Source of the DNA: Candidatus Poribacteria bacterium
GTDB lineage: Bacteria > Poribacteria > WGA-4E > WGA-3G
Direction of reading: 5' to 3'
Assembly: GCA_964291315.2 (NCBI GenBank)
Contig: OZ219751.1
Coordinates: 56,896-120,895, forward strand
DNA: 64,000 nt
Shown piece after piece: positions 52,449-61,750 of this stretch. Below the pieces are notes generated by a model. That model was not told where the DNA came from and did not search any database. It was given only the letters and a program-made list of their open reading frames with translations. Position numbers and translations under genes: made by a program. The first letter of the stretch is position 1; each line of letters begins with the position of its first letter.

Positions 52449-52530
52449 TGCTGTTGGATTTGCGCGCCATAGAGCCAAATTTCTAAAGCTCTGTAAAACG
52501 TAGGCGTGCTAATTGCGATAAGGAGAACCC

Positions 52531-52899
52531 TTGACACTCAAAAAAAAGAAACGGATGAGCCACTTGCGCCGCCGGAAGCGTATCCGTCAAAAGATTAGCG
52601 GCACCGGCAAGAGGCCGAGACTCTCTGTTTTCAGAAGCTTAAAACATATCTATGTTCAACTTATTAACGATGAACTTGGTGTAACGCTTGCCCAAGCCTC
52701 TACTTTGTCTCCGGAACTGAAAGGGACGCTTACAAATAGCGGTAATACAGAAGCTGCACAGCGAGTTGGTACGCTTATTGCACAAAAAGCTAAGCAACAG
52801 GAAATTGTGGACGCTATTTTTGACCGGGGTGGGCATCTCTATCATGGACGAATAAAAGCGCTGGCTGAAGCCGCACGGAAAGAGGGCCTGAAATTCTAA
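52531..52899 (+). CDS. rplR: 50S ribosomal protein uL18
   Basis: [23 protein letters not shown]. Confidence 0.97.
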   Translation: MTLKKKKRMSHLRRRKRIRQKISGTGKRPRLSVFRSLKHIYVQLINDELGVTLAQASTLSPELKGTLTNSGNTEAAQRVGTLIAQKAKQQEIVDAIFDRGGHLYHGRIKALAEAARKEGLKF

Positions 52900-52974
52900 C
52901 TACCCCAAAATACGGATTCTGACACCGTAGATGTACCTGCGGTAAACAGAACCAGAAATCGATAGGAGTTTTTT

Positions 52975-53487
52975 TTGCTCAAAGAAAAAATCAATCCTGA
53001 CGAATTTGAATTTGAAGAACACATGATTGCAGTCAACCGTGTTATGCGAGTTGGTAAAGGGAGACGCACTCCGAGTTTTAATTCCCTGACCGTTGTTGGT
53101 AATCGGGACGGTATTGTCGGTATCGGATTTGGCAGTGCAAGTGAAGTCCCTGGTGCACTCCGGAAAAGTTTTGCCGATGCCCGAAAAAATCTAATTCGGG
53201 TACCGATTGTCAACGGGACGCTCCCGCATGAAGTTGTCAGCGAATTCAAGTCTGCAAAAGTTTTGCTGAAACCGGCCAGCCCCGGAACAGGTATCATTGC
53301 TGGCCCCGCAACCCGTGCTATCTTAGAATACGCAGGGATCCGAGATGCGTTAACAAAATGTCTCTCCTCTCGGAACATGAAAAATATCGCTGAAGCCACT
53401 ATGCTAGGGTTGAAGCAGCTCAAGGATGTCAATGAGGTGGCACGGTTACGAGATATGTCGGTCGAAGAACTACTCAAAAGACGCTAA
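52975..53487 (+). CDS. rpsE: 30S ribosomal protein uS5 (atypical loop 2)
   Basis: VNRV, LTVVGN, LKPASPGTGIIAG; TTG start. Confidence 0.96.
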   Translation: MLKEKINPDEFEFEEHMIAVNRVMRVGKGRRTPSFNSLTVVGNRDGIVGIGFGSASEVPGALRKSFADARKNLIRVPIVNGTLPHEVVSEFKSAKVLLKPASPGTGIIAGPATRAILEYAGIRDALTKCLSSRNMKNIAEATMLGLKQLKDVNEVARLRDMSVEELLKRR

Positions 53488-53489
53488 CG

Positions 53490-53555
53490 TAGTTGTTAAT
53501 TGTTAACAGTCAGAAATCAAAAGCGCGGCTGTAAGCCTCGCAAACTATAACTATA
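53490..53555. repeat. Degenerate heptamer-armed element at the rpmD position
   Basis: TAGTTGTTAATTGTTAACAGTCAG ... AACTATAACTATA. Confidence 0.4.
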
Positions 53556-53574
53556 AGGAACGGAGTAAACCCTG

Positions 53575-54051
53575 ATGAAACTCAACGAATTGAAACCTGC
53601 ACCTGGTGCTACCCGCCGCAAAAAACGGGTCGGTAGGGGGAGTGCTTCAGGACATGGGGGCACCTGTGGTCGAGGGCACAAAGGGCAAAAGTCCCGATCT
53701 GGTGGTTCAATTCCAGCATGGTTCGAAGGCGGACAGATGCCTCTGGTCCGACGTATCCCTAAGCGGGGACCACGGAGGACTGGCCACAAGCGATTCGAAT
53801 ACGATATTATTAACGTAGCGACTCTCAATACCTTTGATGATGATACTGTTATCAGTCCGCAAGTCCTTCGCAAAGCAGGCCTAATTAAACGGAAAAATGC
53901 TCTGATAAAAATACTCGGGGATGGCGAACTCGAAAAACAGTTGAAGGTTCAAGCCCATCGTTTCTCAAAAACTGCAGTAGAAAAGATCGAATCAAAGGGT
54001 GGTACAGCCCAAGTTCTCAGGCGCCATGCAAACACCAGGGACGCTGCTTAA
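53575..54051 (+). CDS. rplO: 50S ribosomal protein uL15
   Basis: GRG..SG.G.TCGRGHKGQKSRSG, FEGGQMPL.RR.PKRG. Confidence 0.98.
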   Translation: MKLNELKPAPGATRRKKRVGRGSASGHGGTCGRGHKGQKSRSGGSIPAWFEGGQMPLVRRIPKRGPRRTGHKRFEYDIINVATLNTFDDDTVISPQVLRKAGLIKRKNALIKILGDGELEKQLKVQAHRFSKTAVEKIESKGGTAQVLRRHANTRDAA

Positions 54052-54081
54052 CAGTTTGCATGTGAGGAGGAAAAGAAATAA

Positions 54082-55413
54082 GTGATTAAGGCATTTCAAA
54101 ACGCTTTTAAAATTCCCGAATTGCGAAAACGTATCATCTCTACAGCGTTGCTCCTAGTTGTCTACCGCCTTGGTGCCCATATTACACTTCCCGGTATTGA
54201 TGACCAGGCACTTGAAGCATTTTTTCAACAACTCATGGAGCGCAGCGGTAATGTCATTGGGTTCATTGACGTGTTTTCTGGCGGGGCTTTTAGTCAGATG
54301 ACTATTTTTGCACTCGGAATACAGCCCTATATTACTGCCTCTATCATTATGCAGCTCTTCGCCGTTATTGTGCCCTCTTTGGAAAAGCTATCCAGAGAAC
54401 CTGATGGGAGAAAGAAGATTACCCAGTACACCCGATACGGAACAGTTATACTTAGTATCATTCAGGGCATAACAATTAGCATCGTTCTTCGGAATCCCGA
54501 AAATATAACTGGACAAGCGGGAGATATCGTCAGAGACCCTAACCTTTGGTGGCATTTCCTCGTCGTGTTAACTCTTACTGCTGGAACATCCTTCGTTATG
54601 TGGCTCGGCGAACAGATAACAGAGCGCGGCATTGGGCAAGGCATTTCGCTCATTATTACAGTTGGAATTATCGCAGGGTTACCGGGGGGCGTTACAACCA
54701 TTTTCAACAATCTCGTGACAAGACCCGAGTTTGGAATCTTGCAACTCGCTCTTTTGGTCGCTCTCGTTGTTGTTGCTGTCATGGGAACTGTGTTCATAAC
54801 ACTCTCTGTCCGGAAAATTCCGGTTCAATACGGAAGACAAATACGCGGACGCAGAGTCGTTGGCGGACAATCAACACATCTGCCCCTCCGTGTTAACGCT
54901 GCCGGCATGATCCCAATTATCTTTGCTATTACGCTGATTGAGTTTCCACCAACTATGCTTAACTTTCTACCGCGTGACTGGGGATGGGTAGCGTCTGCTA
55001 CGGCACTTATTGCTCGAGGCACACCCTTGTACCTCACCTTTTATGCTTTGTTGATTATCGGCTTTACCTATTTCTATACAGCTGTTCAAATTAATCCAGT
55101 CCAAATGGCAGAGGATTTGCAGAAGTATGGCGGTTTTATCCCGGGTATCCGCGCCGGAAAGCAGACAGCAGATTACATCAACACGACACTCACAAGAATC
55201 ACGCTACCGGGCGCAGTTTTTCTCGCCGCTATCGCAGTAATTCCGATTGTTATTACAAGCCAGCTTAAGGTAGGCAACATGGTCGAAGGTGCTTCTATCT
55301 TAATTGTAGTAGGCGTTGTCTTAGATACAGTGTCACAAATTGAATCCTATCTAACAGTACGCCATTATGAAGGATTCCTCAAAGATCGAAAACTTAAAGG
55401 CAGACGACGCTAA
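54082..55413 (+). CDS. secY: Preprotein translocase subunit SecY
   Basis: FALGIQPYITASII, WLGEQITERGIG, GFIPGIR.G. Confidence 0.98.
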   Translation: MIKAFQNAFKIPELRKRIISTALLLVVYRLGAHITLPGIDDQALEAFFQQLMERSGNVIGFIDVFSGGAFSQMTIFALGIQPYITASIIMQLFAVIVPSLEKLSREPDGRKKITQYTRYGTVILSIIQGITISIVLRNPENITGQAGDIVRDPNLWWHFLVVLTLTAGTSFVMWLGEQITERGIGQGISLIITVGIIAGLPGGVTTIFNNLVTRPEFGILQLALLVALVVVAVMGTVFITLSVRKIPVQYGRQIRGRRVVGGQSTHLPLRVNAAGMIPIIFAITLIEFPPTMLNFLPRDWGWVASATALIARGTPLYLTFYALLIIGFTYFYTAVQINPVQMAEDLQKYGGFIPGIRAGKQTADYINTTLTRITLPGAVFLAAIAVIPIVITSQLKVGNMVEGASILIVVGVVLDTVSQIESYLTVRHYEGFLKDRKLKGRRR

Positions 55414-55449
55414 GTCCTATTGCCAGAAAGAGATAATAAAGAAATAATT

Positions 55450-55566
55450 ATGAAAGTCCGCCCTTCTGTTAAGAAAATGTGTAACCAATGTAAGATTATC
55501 AAAAGAAAAGGGATTGTTCACGTCATTTGTCCTTCAAACCCGAAGCACAAGCAACGGCAAGGATAA
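55450..55566 (+). CDS. rpmJ: 50S ribosomal protein bL36 (Zn-ribbon type)
   Basis: Translated by hand (below the ORF-track cutoff): [38 protein letters not shown]. Confidence 0.97.
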   Translation: MKVRPSVKKMCNQCKIIKRKGIVHVICPSNPKHKQRQG

Positions 55567-55570
55567 TTAT

Positions 55571-55703
55571 TAGTAGTCAGCAGTCAGTTAAGTCATGTGG
55601 AAGTTGATACCGTTTGGTCCTAATACAAAACCTGTTTGTTGATAACTGATGACTATCCGGTTGACAGTGGATCACAGTAAAACGCCCGGATAGCTGACTG
55701 CTA
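55571..55703. repeat. Heptamer-armed intergenic element (rpmJ-rpsM)
   Basis: TAGTAGTCAGCAGTCAGTTAAGTC ... GCTGACTGCTA, with nested hairpin CTATCCGG..CCGGATAG. Confidence 0.65.
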
Positions 55704-55720
55704 TAAAAAAGGAGAAAACC

Positions 55721-56113
55721 ATGGCAAGAATCGCAGGGGTTGATTTGCCCCGAAACAAACGTGTGGATATTGCATTAACAGCGATTTACGGTATTGGCCG
55801 CTACACGGCATCCCAAATCGTCAGCAATCTCAATATTGACCCAGGAAAAAAGGTAGACAACCTCGCTGAAAACGAGGTCAGCCAGCTTCGAGATAAGATT
55901 CTTGATTATAAAATCGAAGGGGATTTGCGTCGCGAGGTCGATCAGAATATTAAACGCCTGATGGATATCAACAGTTACCGCGGCTTGCGCCATCGTAGAC
56001 AATTACCGGTCCGAGGCCAGCGTACAAACACCAATGCTCGCACCCGTAAGGGAAAAGCACGGACCATTTCCGTCGGGCGAAAAGCCAAAGAAGCTGGACG
56101 CAAGGGCGGATAG
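55721..56113 (+). CDS. rpsM: 30S ribosomal protein uS13
   Basis: [32 protein letters not shown]. Confidence 0.98.
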   Translation: MARIAGVDLPRNKRVDIALTAIYGIGRYTASQIVSNLNIDPGKKVDNLAENEVSQLRDKILDYKIEGDLRREVDQNIKRLMDINSYRGLRHRRQLPVRGQRTNTNARTRKGKARTISVGRKAKEAGRKGG

Positions 56114-56253
56114 TTCACAGTCAGCAGTCAGCGGTTAGCAATCAACGAGCTGTTGTAGGTGTTACCAATGTCTTCACCGGCTGCATACATTAGCGAACGA
56201 CATGAAGGTTTCCGACTGCTACTCCTGCGGAACGCCTAGATGACTGACTGCTA
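56111..56253. repeat. Heptamer-armed intergenic element (rpsM-rpsK)
   Basis: CAGTCAGCAGTCAGCGGTTAGCAATCA ... CCGACTGCTA..CTGACTGCTA. Confidence 0.65.
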
Positions 56254-56290
56254 AAAAGAAGGAGATACCTCCTAGGAGCAATCTAAAAAA

Positions 56291-56662
56291 ATGCGTGGAA
56301 GAAGAAGAGAACGCAAGAACGTCCCAGAGGGAATAGCACATATACAGGCTACCTTCAATAACACAATTATTACGATCACAGACTTAAATGGAAATACTAT
56401 TGCTTGGGCAAATGCTGGTATGACTTTCAACGGTTCGCGAAAGTCTACGCCTTTCGCTGCACAACAGACTGCAGAAGCTTGTGCACGCAGAGCAATGGAT
56501 CACGGTATGAAACGCGTAGAAGTTAGGGTCAAAGGTCCCGGATCCGGCCGAGAATCCTCTATACGGGCACTCGCTGCAGCCGGACTTGAAATCACACTAA
56601 TGAAGGACGTGACTCCTATCCCACACAACGGATGTCGTCCCCCCAAGAGACGACGGGTTTGA
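56291..56662 (+). CDS. rpsK: 30S ribosomal protein uS11
   Basis: [38 protein letters not shown]. Confidence 0.97.
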   Translation: MRGRRRERKNVPEGIAHIQATFNNTIITITDLNGNTIAWANAGMTFNGSRKSTPFAAQQTAEACARRAMDHGMKRVEVRVKGPGSGRESSIRALAAAGLEITLMKDVTPIPHNGCRPPKRRRV

Positions 56663-56671
56663 GGAATACGA

Positions 56672-57307
56672 ATGAGCAGATATTTAGATTCAGTCTGTAA
56701 ATTATGCCGACGGGAAGGCGAAAAACTCTTTCTGAAGGGGCGTCGATGCAGTGGTCCCAAATGTTCTTTTGAACGCCGCAGCTATCCACCAGGACAGCAT
56801 GGACAGACACCACCACGACGCGGACGCGAAAATAACTTCCGGAGGCAGTTACGCGCAAAACAAAAAGTAAAACGTACCTATGGTGTCTTTGAGAAACAGT
56901 TTCGTAACTATTACTTCAAAGCTGCTCGACAGAGTGGTATCGCTGGTGAGAATCTAATCAGTTTTCTTGAACGTCGCTTAGATAACGTCGTTTACCGACT
57001 CGGCTTCGCAACATCTCGAAACCAAGCTCGTCAACTCGTCAAACATAACCATTTTACTGTTAATGGCACGCGCGTTAACATTCCCTCCTACATAGTACAG
57101 GTTGGCGATGTCATAGCACCGCGCGAACGCAGTCGAAATCTCGCTGTTATTCTGGAGGCCTTAGAGTACGCACAGCATCGCGGCGCACCTGAATGGCTCG
57201 ATATCGACACCGAAAAAGCAGAAGGACGTGTTCAGGGAGCACCCGTGGTAGAGCAGATCTCCACAGACCTTGAAACACAACTCATCATTGAACTTTACTC
57301 TAGGTAG
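56672..57307 (+). CDS. rpsD: 30S ribosomal protein uS4
   Basis: CKLCRREG..LFLKG..C, PPGQHG, LERRLDN, ELYSR. Confidence 0.98.
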   Translation: MSRYLDSVCKLCRREGEKLFLKGRRCSGPKCSFERRSYPPGQHGQTPPRRGRENNFRRQLRAKQKVKRTYGVFEKQFRNYYFKAARQSGIAGENLISFLERRLDNVVYRLGFATSRNQARQLVKHNHFTVNGTRVNIPSYIVQVGDVIAPRERSRNLAVILEALEYAQHRGAPEWLDIDTEKAEGRVQGAPVVEQISTDLETQLIIELYSR

Positions 57308-57656
57308 GCACGTGCTCTTACCGTGTGTGTTATCCGCCTAATGCTACACGCATGATATAAGACAAGCGATGGATATAATACAAGGAATAGGTTTAGTCTA
57401 TCCCCAGACTGAATTAGGTCTAATTCCATGCAAAATCCGGTACTGATTGATACTGAGTGCCGTACATATGACACTCTTACAGCGTGTCTGCACGGATAAG
57501 ATACTCGAAAAGATCCACAGCACACAAGGAACGCAGGGCATATCTAGTCATACGCTACCGACGCAAAACTATGAGCCGAATATTTGCATAATGTTCAAGA
57601 CAAGGCTCAGTTTGCGCGCGTTCTAACACTCGTTTTAATTCTATAGGAGGAAATCG

Positions 57657-58676
57657 ATGATAAGGTCCGAGCTCGTGATACCCGAGCGGCTGAAAACTGA
57701 TATCGAGTCCTTACGCCCGAATTATGCAAAATATACTGCTGAACCCTTTGAACGCGGATTTGGAACAACGCTCGGCAATTCTTTGCGCCGAGTCCTCCTT
57801 TCCTCAATCAAGGGTGCAGCAATTACAGCTGTTCAAATCGAACAAGTTAAGCATGAATATGACACAATTCCTGGGGTACTTGAAGATGTCGTACAAATCA
57901 TTCTAAACCTCAAAGAAGTACGCCTCAGAATCACTAACGATGCTTCTATAACTCTCAAACTCCAAGCAGAAGGATCAGGTGAGGTCACCGCAGCTGACAT
58001 TCATCCGAACTCAGACGTTCAGATTATCAATCCTGATCAGCACATTGCTACGCTTGATGAATGCGAGGGGTTGGATATAGAGATTCACGTACAGACCGGC
58101 CGCGGCTATTCTCTCGCTGAAGAACATAGACCGGTAAACCAGCCAATCGGATTGATTCCCGTAGACGCAAAATTCTCACCTGTCGAGAAAGTTAACTTTT
58201 GGGTAGAAGAAACTCGCGTCCGCGACACAACCAATTTTGACAAACTCAACCTCGAAGTCTGGACCGACGCTACTATCACAGCAAAGGAAGCCGTCACTCG
58301 AGCAGCGAGAATTCTACTACAACAACTTGAACTTTTTACAGAATTCGATGAAAACTACGTCGAACCGGAAATGGAGATTGATGAGGCAAAACTGCGTCGC
58401 AATCGCTACTTAGCCAAGCCAGTTGCAGAACTCGAACTCTCTGTTCGAGCCAGCAATTGTCTCGAAACTGCTAATATTAAAACCATTCGTGAACTCGTTA
58501 CAAAAGAGGAAAAGGACATGTTAGAGTACAAAAATTTCGGGCGCACCTCGCTCAACGAAATTAAAGAACAACTCGCTAACATGGGACTCTCTCTTGGAAT
58601 GAAGCTCGACGATATGGATGACGCGGAAATCGATGAAGAAGACGTGGAACAACGATCCTTGCAATCACCCACCTAA
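57657..58676 (+). CDS. rpoA: RNA polymerase subunit alpha
   Basis: [38 protein letters not shown]. Confidence 0.98.
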   Translation: MIRSELVIPERLKTDIESLRPNYAKYTAEPFERGFGTTLGNSLRRVLLSSIKGAAITAVQIEQVKHEYDTIPGVLEDVVQIILNLKEVRLRITNDASITLKLQAEGSGEVTAADIHPNSDVQIINPDQHIATLDECEGLDIEIHVQTGRGYSLAEEHRPVNQPIGLIPVDAKFSPVEKVNFWVEETRVRDTTNFDKLNLEVWTDATITAKEAVTRAARILLQQLELFTEFDENYVEPEMEIDEAKLRRNRYLAKPVAELELSVRASNCLETANIKTIRELVTKEEKDMLEYKNFGRTSLNEIKEQLANMGLSLGMKLDDMDDAEIDEEDVEQRSLQSPT

Positions 58677-58709
58677 TTCTTTACGACACCGATCACATGG
58701 AGGTAAACA

Positions 58710-59114
58710 ATGCGTCATAGAAAAAGCGGGAGAAAACTCGGGCGAACCAGCAGCCATCGGAAAGCACTTTTTCGAAATCAAGCCACCGCACTCTTTAAGC
58801 ATGAACAGATTCGAACAACACTCCCAAAGTGTAAAGAACTCCGACGCGTGGCAGAAAAGTTGATTACACTTGCCAAACGCGGGGATCTCCCCGCACGCCG
58901 ACAAGCTGCAAAAATGCTCTACGGAACCCATCTACATCATAGGCCGAGAAGAGGGGAAGAAGCAAGCAATATTGACAAACATGCAGTCCTACGCAAACTC
59001 TTTGATGACATCGGCCCCCGCTATCAAGACCGGAGTGGGGGGTACACCCGTATCATCCGGGGCGAACTCCGAAAAGGCGATGGGGCACAGATGGGCTACA
59101 TTCAACTCGTTTAA
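58710..59114 (+). CDS. rplQ: 50S ribosomal protein bL17
   Basis: [24 protein letters not shown]. Confidence 0.97.
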   Translation: MRHRKSGRKLGRTSSHRKALFRNQATALFKHEQIRTTLPKCKELRRVAEKLITLAKRGDLPARRQAAKMLYGTHLHHRPRRGEEASNIDKHAVLRKLFDDIGPRYQDRSGGYTRIIRGELRKGDGAQMGYIQLV

Positions 59115-59224
59115 TAGTTGTCAGTTGAAGACGGGCTCTGTAAAAAAAGCTTACCACTTCCTGGATCATTCCAAGTTTGAAGAGATTGTTAAAAACAACT
59201 CTTAACCGATAACTGATAACTATT
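59113..59224. repeat. Heptamer-armed element filling the gap between two convergent stop codons
   Basis: AATAGTTGTCAGTTGAAG ... CTCTTAACCGATAACTGATAACTATT. Confidence 0.7.
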
Positions 59225-60503
59225 AAAACCGATACGCTGCTGATACAAACGCCCGATGCGTCAATTTTTCCGTTGTCAGTTGTTTCCGACTCCGCTGCCA
59301 CGTACCGATCATATAGGCAACGTCAAATTTCAGGGAATCCTCAAATATTTTACCCACTCCGGCTGTCAAGAAGTCGCGCACATCCTCAATCTTCGCATCC
59401 GTGAACGGAATTGTATCACGAAAATAGCCGAGACGGATGTGCGTATCAATGCCGGGCACCCGATATTCTACACCCACCCGGGCCTGAAGTGTGGTCGCAT
59501 AGAACTGCTCAAAATTAGCTTGTGAGATGTCATCTGACGGAGCAGGATCATAGCGCGTCTGTGTCCAATCTGTAAGTTGAATGTCGCCAGCTAAAATTAG
59601 CTGCTTGTTAAACAATTTCATAGCAATTCCCGCTCCCACTTCAAACGGACGCTCAATATCAAATGCTTGGATACCACTTACGGTATCCCTCATTTTTTCG
59701 CCATCATCGTAAACCTCCAGCGTTGATTGATACCAGTGTTCATCGACCCCTAATTCCATAGGAGACACTACAGTTAGACCAAGATTAATCTCATTTGTTA
59801 GATGTGCAAGAATCCCTATCCTACTACCTATACCTGAGTATTTCCGGTCAATCTCGTCGTCATATCTGAAATTGGCCAACTCACTATCTATATCCACAAT
59901 GTCAGTAGCCGTCGTATCCAATTCGTTAAGGCTGTCCCCTTGCCAGAAATCCAATGAACCTCCTATCAAGATCCGCTTTGAAACGTATACGCTAGTGCCA
60001 AAACTCCAGATCCCAATACCCCCGGTGTTGACATCGATTTCATCGACGGCAAACCCGCTGAATTCCGTGTCGGAACTCGGATCAATCCCTTGAATCGCAG
60101 TCTGATAATCGAAGTTTTGCGGACGATTGTAACCAAAAGCGATTGCCCAACCTCCTTGGCTCGCCTGAAACGGATAAACAAACCCAATGGAATTCAGGCG
60201 CATCTGTGAGCGACTCGTTCCGGTCGCTATATCACCGGAGAAGTAAGCATCAGCGTTTGTTCTATTGTGTGAGAGACTACTAAACATCTCGAACTTTCGA
60301 ATTTGCGCCATTCCAGCCGGATTCCAATAAAGTGCAGTGAAATCGTCGGCAAGTCCGAGAGAAGCACCGCCCATACCCATTGTCCGGGCACCGACACCAA
60401 ATGTGTTTCCGATCGCGATCTCTTCCACTTGTGCTATGCTAATAGGCACAAAGAAAGCCGTAGCAAACAGAGAAATAAGTGTTAAATACAATGCTCGTTT
60501 CAT
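59223..60503 (-). CDS. OmpP1/FadL/TodX-like outer-membrane beta-barrel
   Basis: Signal peptide MKRALY.., GARTMGMGGA..LADD.TALYWNPAG, C-terminal YRF; GGAGG RBS before the ATG at 60503. Confidence 0.85.
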   Translation of the reverse strand: MKRALYLTLISLFATAFFVPISIAQVEEIAIGNTFGVGARTMGMGGASLGLADDFTALYWNPAGMAQIRKFEMFSSLSHNRTNADAYFSGDIATGTSRSQMRLNSIGFVYPFQASQGGWAIAFGYNRPQNFDYQTAIQGIDPSSDTEFSGFAVDEIDVNTGGIGIWSFGTSVYVSKRILIGGSLDFWQGDSLNELDTTATDIVDIDSELANFRYDDEIDRKYSGIGSRIGILAHLTNEINLGLTVVSPMELGVDEHWYQSTLEVYDDGEKMRDTVSGIQAFDIERPFEVGAGIAMKLFNKQLILAGDIQLTDWTQTRYDPAPSDDISQANFEQFYATTLQARVGVEYRVPGIDTHIRLGYFRDTIPFTDAKIEDVRDFLTAGVGKIFEDSLKFDVAYMIGTWQRSRKQLTTEKLTHRAFVSAAYRF

Positions 60504-60528
60504 CGTTTCGATCCCTCCATTATTTATT

Positions 60529-60624
60529 ATAGTTTCAGTTAGCGGGCGTGGCAGTTTCCAAAGTTTTCCGTTCATTGTCCCGCCGCAACACACGCTAAGC
60601 GGCAACCGATAGCTAATCACTATT
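60529..60624. repeat. Heptamer-armed intergenic element
   Basis: ATAGTTTCAGTTAGCG ... CGCTAA..AACCGATAGCTAATCACTATT. Confidence 0.5.
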
Positions 60625-61211
60625 TACTCATTCCGATTCCCTGTAGGGCGCTGGGGGCGCTCCGATTTTGCCCGTGGCGAGGTCACGCCCCGTGAACTCC
60701 ACGAACGTCTATGTTCATTTCGCCAGTTACCTCTATTACGGTAGCTATGCCGCGAGAACGGAATATATCGACTACCACCGTGATACCGTCTATAGACATT
60801 GATATACGGATAATAGATTCGATGGTATCTATAAGACGAATAGTAACCTCCGTAGTATCCATAGGCATCTCCATAGAACCAAGGGTAAGGGTAGTAAAAT
60901 GCCGGTGGATACGCGTAGTAAGGCGCATAAGGTACCCAATAAGTATCGTACCGATAAGAGGGGACGTGCCTTTTGCGATAGATGGGTTTCCGTGGTTTGT
61001 AGTAGTCTTCCGAGTCTTCATCAGCGCCAGGTTTTTCTGACTCCGATTCTTCTTCCGATTTGGCCCGGTGTTCCATTTCCACTCCCTCCAAAACTTTACG
61101 GTATCTCTGATCAAAATCAGGAGATGCATGATAGCCCAATTGTGTGTAACACCCAATAAGTCCCATCATTGCCGAAAGCAATAAGAGTGCTAAAATTAAT
61201 TGCAACTTCAT
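60624..61211 (-). CDS. Tyr/Arg-rich lipoprotein
   Basis: Lipobox LIGC followed by YTQL, an acidic stretch, a Tyr/Gly/Pro-rich core and a basic tail; AAGGAG RBS. Confidence 0.8.
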   Translation of the reverse strand: MKLQLILALLLLSAMMGLIGCYTQLGYHASPDFDQRYRKVLEGVEMEHRAKSEEESESEKPGADEDSEDYYKPRKPIYRKRHVPSYRYDTYWVPYAPYYAYPPAFYYPYPWFYGDAYGYYGGYYSSYRYHRIYYPYINVYRRYHGGSRYIPFSRHSYRNRGNWRNEHRRSWSSRGVTSPRAKSERPQRPTGNRNE

Positions 61212-61668
61212 ATCTCTTTCTCCTTTTGAATTTACCTGTGAAGTTTTTCTATTATAATATATTATACGAGGTAACCCTAAAAAAGTTTACATCAGCTTTG
61301 GTTTCCTTTAGGCTGAGTTGAGAGAAATCGAAAAGTACGCTCCTGCCTTCATATAGGTACCGTCTCCTATGCGTCAACCTACTGGGTCATGGTGTTATAA
61401 ACGGGGCGGAGATAAATCTATCGCGAGCCGCGGGTTTCCCAGCGGTCTTGGTATATAACTCCTCATCAGGACACCCAGGGGGAGAAAAATGCTTGAATGT
61501 CGTCTCGGTATTAAGCGACATCGGAAAACAGACATAGAGGATATGGGCCGCATCCTTCACACTTTCCAAACGCTGCTTGTGTTCGGTGTGAGACAACTCA
61601 AAGAGGATGTCCGCTGGATAAAACGCATTTTTGGAGAGCATGGCCCCTATTCAGTTTTTTGCAAAAAC

Positions 61669-61697
61669 TTGACTCTTAAATGCATCTATCATATAAT
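61669..61697 (+). promoter_or_regulatory. sigma70-type promoter
   Basis: TTGACT-17nt-TATAAT. Confidence 0.7.
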
Positions 61698-61750
61698 CAA
61701 TGCTACAAAATTGTTTGAATAGGGAGAAACAACTATTAAAAAGAATACTT

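Noticed and set aside
57530-57625. c-di-GMP-I riboswitch-like GACGCAAAACT upstream of rpoA
   Set aside because: It lacks the GNRA-capped stem, is better explained as a long inverted repeat, and the context is implausible.
61489-61722. 77-aa ORF with an SD-like sequence
   Set aside because: It runs through the strong promoter at 61669-61697 and has no recognisable family.
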